Source: an uncultured Solibacteraceae bacterium (lineage in GTDB: Bacteria > Acidobacteriota > Terriglobia > Bryobacterales > Bryobacteraceae). Taken from it: a stretch of 40,338 bases of DNA. The notes under the pieces are model-generated. The model had not been told where the DNA came from. It was given only the letters and a program-made list of their open reading frames with translations, and ran no database searches. Below, one piece after another: positions 17,541 to 23,662 of the stretch. The DNA is taken from positions 1 to 40,338 of the forward strand of contig CAZPZE010000922.1 in NCBI GenBank assembly GCA_964590625.1, in the 5' to 3' direction. The position numbers and the translations under genes were made by a program. The first letter of the stretch is position 1, and each line of letters starts with the position of its first letter.

Positions 17541-18605
17541 TTAAAGATCCAGATATTTTCTGGCGTAGTCGCGGCTTGCGTTGTTGTTGTCGTCCTCGAG
17601 TTTGAGCGCCGCTTCGGGACTTAATCCCGCCGTGTGCGGGACGGGTTTCTTTGGCGGATTTTTGCGGACCAGGTTCAGCGTTTTCGCGAGGTCGTGGCCG
17701 GGGAGCGGGCTGCGTGGATCGTCGAAAGTGGCCCAGTATTTGTCAGTGTAGACCGGGATCTTCAGGGGCTCGCGCGTGATCATTTCCAGATCGAACGCCA
17801 TGTTCGGATCTTTCCTGCGGAGCGCGTCCACCATTCCTTTCAGATCGAGCAGTCCGTCTCCGAGAAGCACTTCGGAGAGCAGGAAGCCGTCTTCGTACGG
17901 TTCAACCGACATGTCTTTGATGTGGGCCGAGAAGATGTACGGCATCAGGTTGTTCATCGTCTCTTCGGGATGCTCGCAGAGAGAGATGTTGTTGCCGAAG
18001 TCGAAGAGGACGCCGACCCACGGGCTGGAAAGCTGCTTCATCCACGCCGCCTGTTCGAGGGAACGCCAGCCTTTGTGATTTTCGAGAGCGAGCCTCACCT
18101 TGTATTTCGCGAGGGTGGGTTCGGCGCGGGCGACGGTGGCTTTGATGGTTTCGAAATTGTTCCAGAACGTGGGGAAATCGCTGAACTGCTCGTAGCGGCG
18201 CTGGGTGAGGGCGGCGCGCAGGCAGTATACGCCGGATTCGTGCGCGGCTTTGATATTGGCGTCGAAGGCGGGGATATCGGAGTCGGTCTTCGGAAGCGGA
18301 ATGTTGAAGATGATCCGCATGTTCAGGGATTCGAGCTTGTCGCGCAGGCGGTGAGCCGCGTCGAGGTCGGAAGGCGGGAGCGCCGTTTCGAGACCGCCGT
18401 AGCCGTTTTCGTGAGCCCAATCGACCATGTCGATGTTGGCGGCGGCGTTGGCGCGGACACGTTGTCCGAAGCCGGCGGGGGCGACGCCGATGCCGACTTT
18501 GCCGCGCGGGTTCGCGATGAGGGCGGCGCTGGCTGAGAGCGGGAGCAGCATGGCGCCGGCGGCGGAAGCGAGAAGTTCGCGGCGAGAGAGGGAGGTGTGG
18601 GACAT
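17541..18605 (-). CDS. Tat-signal sugar phosphate isomerase/epimerase (xylose isomerase-like TIM barrel)
   Basis: 354 aa from the ATG at 18605 (MSHTSLSRRELLASAAGAML, a twin-arginine signal). TIM-barrel family blocks: LENHKGW, FDFGNN, HIKD. The 19076 ORF start is an upstream extension. Confidence 0.8.
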   Translation of the reverse strand: MSHTSLSRRELLASAAGAMLLPLSASAALIANPRGKVGIGVAPAGFGQRVRANAAANIDMVDWAHENGYGGLETALPPSDLDAAHRLRDKLESLNMRIIFNIPLPKTDSDIPAFDANIKAAHESGVYCLRAALTQRRYEQFSDFPTFWNNFETIKATVARAEPTLAKYKVRLALENHKGWRSLEQAAWMKQLSSPWVGVLFDFGNNISLCEHPEETMNNLMPYIFSAHIKDMSVEPYEDGFLLSEVLLGDGLLDLKGMVDALRRKDPNMAFDLEMITREPLKIPVYTDKYWATFDDPRSPLPGHDLAKTLNLVRKNPPKKPVPHTAGLSPEAALKLEDDNNNASRDYARKYLDL

Positions 18606-18623
18606 CGGGTGCAGTATATAACG

Positions 18624-18983
18624 ATGGCGGCCGGTGGGCTGCTGGTGCGCGTGATCGTGGCCAGCACTCAGTGGCGGTATGTCTGTCAGGCGCGGGTGAC
18701 GCCGGAGCCGGCGGTCGAGCCGGTCCGCCGGATGTATTCGACGCGGGACGAAACGGAACCGATCGCCGCAGCTCAGCTGGAGCGGGGATATGAAGTTGCG
18801 CCGGGACGATTCGCGGTGGTGCGCACGGAAGATATTATGTGCATCCGGGAATGGCGCGGAGCATTCGTGCGCTGTTCTATCGGGCGCTGCAGCCTCGAGA
18901 AGGTGCGGGCTGAGAAACGTGAAGTCAGAAAGCCGGCGGGGCGCGCAGTAGAGGCTCGCAAAACCCGCAATCATCGCGCGTGA
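18624..18983 (+). pseudogene. Possible decayed Ku (NHEJ) N-terminal remnant
   Basis: The ORF segment GLLVRVIVAST...PVRRMYSTRDETEPIAAAQLERGYEVAPGRFAVVRTEDI lines up almost residue for residue with the bacterial Ku N-terminus as I recall it (FGLVxxPVxLYxAT...IxYxxVC...IVKGYEYxxGxYVVLTDEDL). Only about 490 nt of intergenic space exists, and downstream Ku blocks are absent or out of frame. Confidence 0.35.
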
Positions 18984-19097
18984 CTTCGAAACGCCGTACT
19001 TGATTGAAACTACACGTACTAGTACAAAATAGCCATCAATTGTTTTTTGGTACAAATGCGGCTGCGGGGGTAACATGTTAATGCTAAACTCCGAGCG

Positions 19098-19781
19098 ATG
19101 ATTCGATCCGCTCTCGCAGGCGTTGCGTTCCTCTTTTTGCTTTCCTCAGCTCAGGCCAGTACGATCACCGATATTTCTTTTGCCATTGACGGCAGTGGCA
19201 GCATGGGGTCCGTTGGTTTCAACACAGAAAAAAGCTTCGTGGAGTCGATGCTCTCCACCGGGCTTTCGCCGACGACGGAGGTGGGGGCATTCGTGTGGTC
19301 CACGAACATCTACGATCGCATCGCTCCGCTGACTCCGGACAATTCATCATCGCTGGTCACCGATATCGCGAACGCGAGCTATCCCTCCGGGTACACATAC
19401 ACGAAGAATGCCGTGCAGCACGGAATCGACATGCTGACGGCAGGGCCGTCACAGGATGCGAAACTGCTGGTGCTGATTACGGACGGGGGGGCCAATCCAG
19501 CGGTCGCCCAGAATCCATGTGGCCTGGCGAGCACACTGGCCTCCGATCAGATCACGCTGCTGGTGATTGATCTTGTGAATACAGAAGGACTGAGCGGGCT
19601 CGGATGCCTTTCTACGGGCTCCAACTTCTTCACGGATGCCAACAGCGGCGAGGCCGCGATCACCAATTTCGTGGAAACAGCGGCGAACGCGCCATCCGTC
19701 CCCGAGCCGGGCACGCTGCTGCTCTCGGGCGGCGCGGCGCTGGCGGTGGCGTTAGCCAGACGGCGATCCACGAAGGCTTAA
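19098..19781 (+). CDS. vWA-domain protein with a PEP-CTERM sorting signal
   Basis: Signal peptide MIRSALAGVAFLFLLSSAQA. MIDAS FAIDGSGSMG, plus LITDGG. C-terminal VPEPGTLLLSGGAALAVALARRR. Confidence 0.85.
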   Translation: MIRSALAGVAFLFLLSSAQASTITDISFAIDGSGSMGSVGFNTEKSFVESMLSTGLSPTTEVGAFVWSTNIYDRIAPLTPDNSSSLVTDIANASYPSGYTYTKNAVQHGIDMLTAGPSQDAKLLVLITDGGANPAVAQNPCGLASTLASDQITLLVIDLVNTEGLSGLGCLSTGSNFFTDANSGEAAITNFVETAANAPSVPEPGTLLLSGGAALAVALARRRSTKA

Positions 19782-19855
19782 ACCCGTGCCGCTGCGCGTT
19801 TCGAAACAGCATTCTCCGGCTGCAGGGGAAGCGCAGCGGCACGGGCTTGCTCGCG

Positions 19856-20518
19856 TCAGGCAACGACGGAGATGTTGTCGACGACGTCGGTCACGCCAGG
19901 AGCGGCCCAGGCGGCGCGCTCGGCTTCGCGGCGCTCAAACCAGGAACGAACGCTGCCAGACAGAAACACTTTTCCATCCACGGCGGAAACGTTGATGCGG
20001 CGGGCGTCGAGCTCAGCGTTGCGGCGCAGCGCATCTTCGATTCTTCCGGAAACAACGCCAGCCGTCACATGCGGCTTCACCTGGATGCTGTTGATGACGC
20101 CGCGGACACCTTCCACAGTGCGGGCGCAGGATTCGGCGGCCTCCTTCTGATAATTCCACTCGACCGAACCGGTCAAAGTGACGAAGCCGTGGGAGACGAC
20201 GGCCTTGATCTTCTCATCCGGCACCATGACGTTGATCTTCATGGAATGAAGCACGTCGCGCGCGATATCGGGATCGACGCGCTTGTTATCCGGCTGGACT
20301 TCGATGTCATTCGTGATGGCTTCGACGCCATACACCGACTGGGCGGCCTTCTCCGCCGCGTATTTTTCGGCAAACGTGGGGACATAGCCAGTGAGCATCA
20401 CGATCTTGCCGGACACGGAGACCATAATGTTCCTCGATGTAATTCGGGGATCCCATTCGATCTGGCGAATCACGTCGTCGCGCAGGCGCTCGGCTTTTTC
20501 TTTCTGATTGGTCTGCAT
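19856..20518 (-). CDS. BON-domain protein (three BON repeats, OsmY-like, no signal peptide seen)
   Basis: 220 aa from the ATG at 20518, preceded by AGGAGAGG. BON-like units repeat three times: VSGKIVMLTGYV...GVEAITNDIEV, HGFVTLTGSV...GVRGVINSIQV and DGKVFLSGSV...GVTDVVDNISV. Confidence 0.85.
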   Translation of the reverse strand: MQTNQKEKAERLRDDVIRQIEWDPRITSRNIMVSVSGKIVMLTGYVPTFAEKYAAEKAAQSVYGVEAITNDIEVQPDNKRVDPDIARDVLHSMKINVMVPDEKIKAVVSHGFVTLTGSVEWNYQKEAAESCARTVEGVRGVINSIQVKPHVTAGVVSGRIEDALRRNAELDARRINVSAVDGKVFLSGSVRSWFERREAERAAWAAPGVTDVVDNISVVA

Positions 20519-20569
20519 AAATTCCTCTCCTTGCCGACACAGCCGTTCGGCAACTGACACGAGCGAAAT

Positions 20570-20586
20570 CTGCGAATGACCGGCCA
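20570..20586 (-). promoter_or_regulatory. Candidate -24/-12 promoter for the BON gene
   Basis: The minus strand reads TGGCCGGTCATTCGCAG (GG-N10-GC; the -12 element is TCGCA). It lies 53 nt upstream of the ATG at 20518. Confidence 0.35.
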
Positions 20587-20645
20587 ATCCGGGGACCTTC
20601 GTAAGTTCCTGCTATCGTTTGGTCTGCGCGGAAACGACGGGCATC

Positions 20646-20671
20646 GCGCTGCGCGATATCACCCATCCTGC
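20646..20671 (+). promoter_or_regulatory. Conserved intergenic element (copy 1), candidate enhancer/operator
   Basis: GCGCTGCGCGATATCACCCATCCTGC matches 37972-37997 at 23 of 26 positions. It sits between divergent BON and USP genes. The core TGCGCGATATCACCCA is an imperfect palindrome centred on GATATC. Confidence 0.55.
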
Positions 20672-20745
20672 GGGCACGGTCATCAATTTCACGCACGAAG
20701 CGGCGCATGAGTTCGTAATTTCCGAGCAAAATCAAGGTGTTTGCC

Positions 20746-20762
20746 TGGCTCCCGGGATGCAC
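20746..20762 (+). promoter_or_regulatory. Candidate -24/-12 promoter for the USP gene at 20773
   Basis: TGGCTCCCGGGATGCAC fits TGGC-N8-TGC. The -12 C lies 12 nt before the ATG, which implies an almost leaderless transcript. Confidence 0.4.
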
Positions 20763-20772
20763 TCCACAGGGC

Positions 20773-21606
20773 ATGCCACAGATCAAACGAATTCTCTTCC
20801 CAGTCGATTTCTCGCCTGCCTGCTCCGGAGCGGCCCGCTATGCGGAGGCTCTCGCCGGCCGGTTTCAGGCGGACATCACCGTGCTGCACGTGGTGGGAGA
20901 CGGTGAGCATAATCTGGCGGAGACCCTGATTCCGCAGCGGAAGGAGAAGCTGAATCAGTTCGCCGCGGGCGACCTGAGATACTTCAGCACGCGCGTGGAA
21001 TGCCAGACCGCGAACGATCCGGCGGCCGCGATCGTAAGCGAGGCGAAGCGATCGGATGCGGACCTGATCATGATCCCGTCGCACGGTCTGGGAGCTTTTC
21101 GACGGCTGCTCCTCGGGTCCGTGACAGCCAGAGTGCTTCACGATGCGGAATGCCCTGTGTGGACTTCCGTGCATGCGGAAACGGCGCCGACGCTCGAGAA
21201 TGTGCACTGCCGGAAAGTTCTGGTGGCGGTGGATCTGAGTCCGCGGAGCCGGCGCATTGTGGAGTGGGCGGCGTGGATCGCGAAAGAATACGACGCAGAA
21301 CTCGGGATCGTTCACGCGGCTGCGCCGTGGCCTCCGGCGTATTACAGCGGCGAAGCGGTGTTCACGGAAGCCATCATGAACGAAGGGACGAACCTGGTGA
21401 ACGCGCTGAAGACCGACATCGGCCTGGAGGCAGAGGTGTTCACCGGCGCAGGCGAGCCCGCGCAGATCGTGGCCGGCGCGGCCGCGGAATTCGGGGCTGA
21501 TCTGCTGGTGATCGGACGGCACTCCGGCAGTGAAACGTCCCATTATCTGGGGCAGCATGCGTACTCGATCATCCGAAGTTCGCCATGTCCCGTCATCAGC
21601 ATTTAG
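20773..21606 (+). CDS. Universal stress protein, tandem USP domains
   Basis: 277 aa from the ATG at 20773 (MPQIKRILFPVDFS). Second domain KVLVAVDLS. The GxxG...S nucleotide-binding-like tail VIGRHSGS is present. Confidence 0.85.
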   Translation: MPQIKRILFPVDFSPACSGAARYAEALAGRFQADITVLHVVGDGEHNLAETLIPQRKEKLNQFAAGDLRYFSTRVECQTANDPAAAIVSEAKRSDADLIMIPSHGLGAFRRLLLGSVTARVLHDAECPVWTSVHAETAPTLENVHCRKVLVAVDLSPRSRRIVEWAAWIAKEYDAELGIVHAAAPWPPAYYSGEAVFTEAIMNEGTNLVNALKTDIGLEAEVFTGAGEPAQIVAGAAAEFGADLLVIGRHSGSETSHYLGQHAYSIIRSSPCPVISI

Positions 21607-22433
21607 CGCTGCTGATGCTGGCGGTGTCGCACACGGCGCTGTGCCAGGAGATCGAGGCGCAGGATATCGTCCGGCGTTCGATGGCGCTGCTGCGCGAGGC
21701 GTGGGATGCAGCGCCACACTATGCGTTCGTACAGCGCGATGAAACGCAGAGCGGCGGCAGGACGGTGAGCCGGACCCATCAGGTGGTGATGATTGACGGA
21801 TCAGACTACTATCTGCCGATCGCGAATAACGATGAACCGCTCGGCGCAGCGGAACGCGCGCGCGAATTGCAGAAGCTGAAAAATGAGAAGGCGCGGCGCG
21901 ATCGGGAAAGCGCAAAGGAGCGGGAAAAGAGAGCCGCGAACTACCTGCAGCAGCGGCGGCAGAACGGCATGTTCATCACGGAACTGCCGGAAGCGTTCCA
22001 CTTCACGCTGATACGGGAAGCGACGTTGCCGGACGGACACGAAGTATGGGTTTTGGCAGCGGCGCCAAAGCAGCGGCAGGGGCCGTTGAGCCGCGAAGCG
22101 AAGGTGCTCTCCGGCATGAGGGGTTATCTGTGGGTGGAGAAGGAAAGCTACAGAGTAGTGCGGGCGGAAGCGAGCGTCACTGAGCCGGTTTCGATCTTCG
22201 GGATTTTCGCGCGCGTGCTGCCCGGCACGCGGCTGGAGCTTGCGACCGAGCCGGTGTCCGGCGCTCCGCCGATGCTGAGCCGCATGGCAGTAAATCTGGT
22301 GATTTCCCGGTTGTGGTTTCGTTCCACACAGCAGAAGATCACAACATTCTCCTCATGGCGTCCGAATGAAGAAGTGATGAACGAGCTGACCGGAAACGCG
22401 TCAGCAGCAGAAGCTCAGGACGGGGCAAGATGA
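21585..22433 (+). CDS. Hypothetical exported protein (possibly LolA-like/outer-membrane lipoprotein-sorting fold; weak)
   Basis: 282-aa ORF with short signal-like HLALLMLAVSHTALCQE and coding-like composition. It overlaps the USP gene by 22 nt. An alternative start at 21615 is possible. Confidence 0.6.
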   Translation: MSRHQHLALLMLAVSHTALCQEIEAQDIVRRSMALLREAWDAAPHYAFVQRDETQSGGRTVSRTHQVVMIDGSDYYLPIANNDEPLGAAERARELQKLKNEKARRDRESAKEREKRAANYLQQRRQNGMFITELPEAFHFTLIREATLPDGHEVWVLAAAPKQRQGPLSREAKVLSGMRGYLWVEKESYRVVRAEASVTEPVSIFGIFARVLPGTRLELATEPVSGAPPMLSRMAVNLVISRLWFRSTQQKITTFSSWRPNEEVMNELTGNASAAEAQDGAR

Positions 22434-23255
22434 GGCGCGGATAATGGCGTGCGCGTTGGTACGGAAGAGGCCGAAGCGCTCGCTGATGTGTCCGCGGCCG
22501 ATGACCACGAGATCGGCGTTCAACTGGTGCGTGGATGTGGCGAGTCCCTGCGTCAGGCCGTTTTCATAGATATCGATCGGATAATTAGTGCCGGAACGCT
22601 GCTGCAGTCTGGCAATCGCTTCGCGGCTCGACTGCAGCAGGAAATGCCGGAAGTCGATTTCGCTGAAACCTTCGGTGCTGAGAGGCGCGGCGTTGATGGC
22701 ATGAAACAAATGGAGGCGCGCGGAAAAGAACACAGCCAGCTCGTGCGCTCGCCGAATGAGCTCTTCGTTTTGCGGCGTCACATCAATGGCGCACAGAATG
22801 GCGCGAATCGCGGGAGGAATTCTTCCGTGCGGTTTTTCGACGTGTGCCGAGGTCCACACGGGGCAGCGCAGGTCATGGAGGACTTTCGACGTGACGGAAC
22901 CGATGAGAAAGCGCCGAAAGGCGCCGAAGCCGCGCGTCGGCATCATAACGAGATCGACGGAATGCTTTTCGACGAACTGCGCGATGTTGCCGGCGGGATC
23001 ACCGTCCACGACGACGGTCTGGACGTCGAGAGAACTGTCCATGGAAGCGGAAAACGCGTGAAGACGGCTGCTCGCGTCCTGTCTGTGCTCGGGTGTAGGA
23101 GGCAGGTTGCCGAGCAGTTCCACTCCGGCGGGCGGGGTGAGCGCGTGCAGCAGCGTCAGTTTGGCGCCACATGCGCGCGTCATAAACTCCACGTCATGAC
23201 GCATCGCCTGGCATTGATCAGAAAAATCGACCGGGAACAGAATATTCCGGAACAT
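22401..23255 (-). CDS. Universal stress protein, tandem USP domains
   Basis: 284 aa from the ATG at 23255 (MFRNILFPVDFS), preceded by AGGAGG. Second domain AILCAIDVT. Confidence 0.85.
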   Translation of the reverse strand: MFRNILFPVDFSDQCQAMRHDVEFMTRACGAKLTLLHALTPPAGVELLGNLPPTPEHRQDASSRLHAFSASMDSSLDVQTVVVDGDPAGNIAQFVEKHSVDLVMMPTRGFGAFRRFLIGSVTSKVLHDLRCPVWTSAHVEKPHGRIPPAIRAILCAIDVTPQNEELIRRAHELAVFFSARLHLFHAINAAPLSTEGFSEIDFRHFLLQSSREAIARLQQRSGTNYPIDIYENGLTQGLATSTHQLNADLVVIGRGHISERFGLFRTNAHAIIRASSCPVLSFCC

Positions 23256-23662
23256 CGTCACGAATCTTCCTCCTTGAAAGCAGCAGGGCACGGGTCGAAC
23301 ACTCACGACTCCCGCACCCGCTAAAAAGAACTCTTCAGGACCCGCGACAGGCACACATGCCGCTGTCCGGCAAGCCGCCGGAGCGAAAACTCCAGAACTC
23401 TGTTCACCGCAAATTGGCGGCCCTGCGTCGCGGAACCGCTCATTCCTCCGGGCGGCGCAGGGCTATCGCGAATTATGGTTGCCAAGTCGCATGTGCCGTA
23501 CCACAACGAGGGGATGAAAATACAGGGCTTGCCGTTCGACACACAGACCCAATGAGTGGGTTCGCCCATGAGGTTGCGTGTTCACACCCAGCTGAGCGCC
23601 AGGAGTGGCAAGGCGGATTTGCGGCAGGTTCCCGGCTGCAAAAGTGCAGATCTGAATGGCGA

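Noticed and set aside
23634-23647. Weak -24/-12-like matches upstream of mgtA (CGGCTGCAAAAGTGCAG) and of the HAD-ATPase gene (minus strand CCGGAATGCGGGGTGCAC, 37877-37894)
   Set aside because: Only the bare GG-N10-GC spacing is satisfied and the TGGC part is missing. That minimal pattern is expected several times per intergenic region by chance at this GC content.
23256-23662. M-box (ykoK) Mg2+ riboswitch upstream of mgtA
   Set aside because: The conserved M-box blocks are not recognisable by eye. Only a vague CCAATGAGTGGGTT resemblance is present, so a covariance-model scan is needed before any call.
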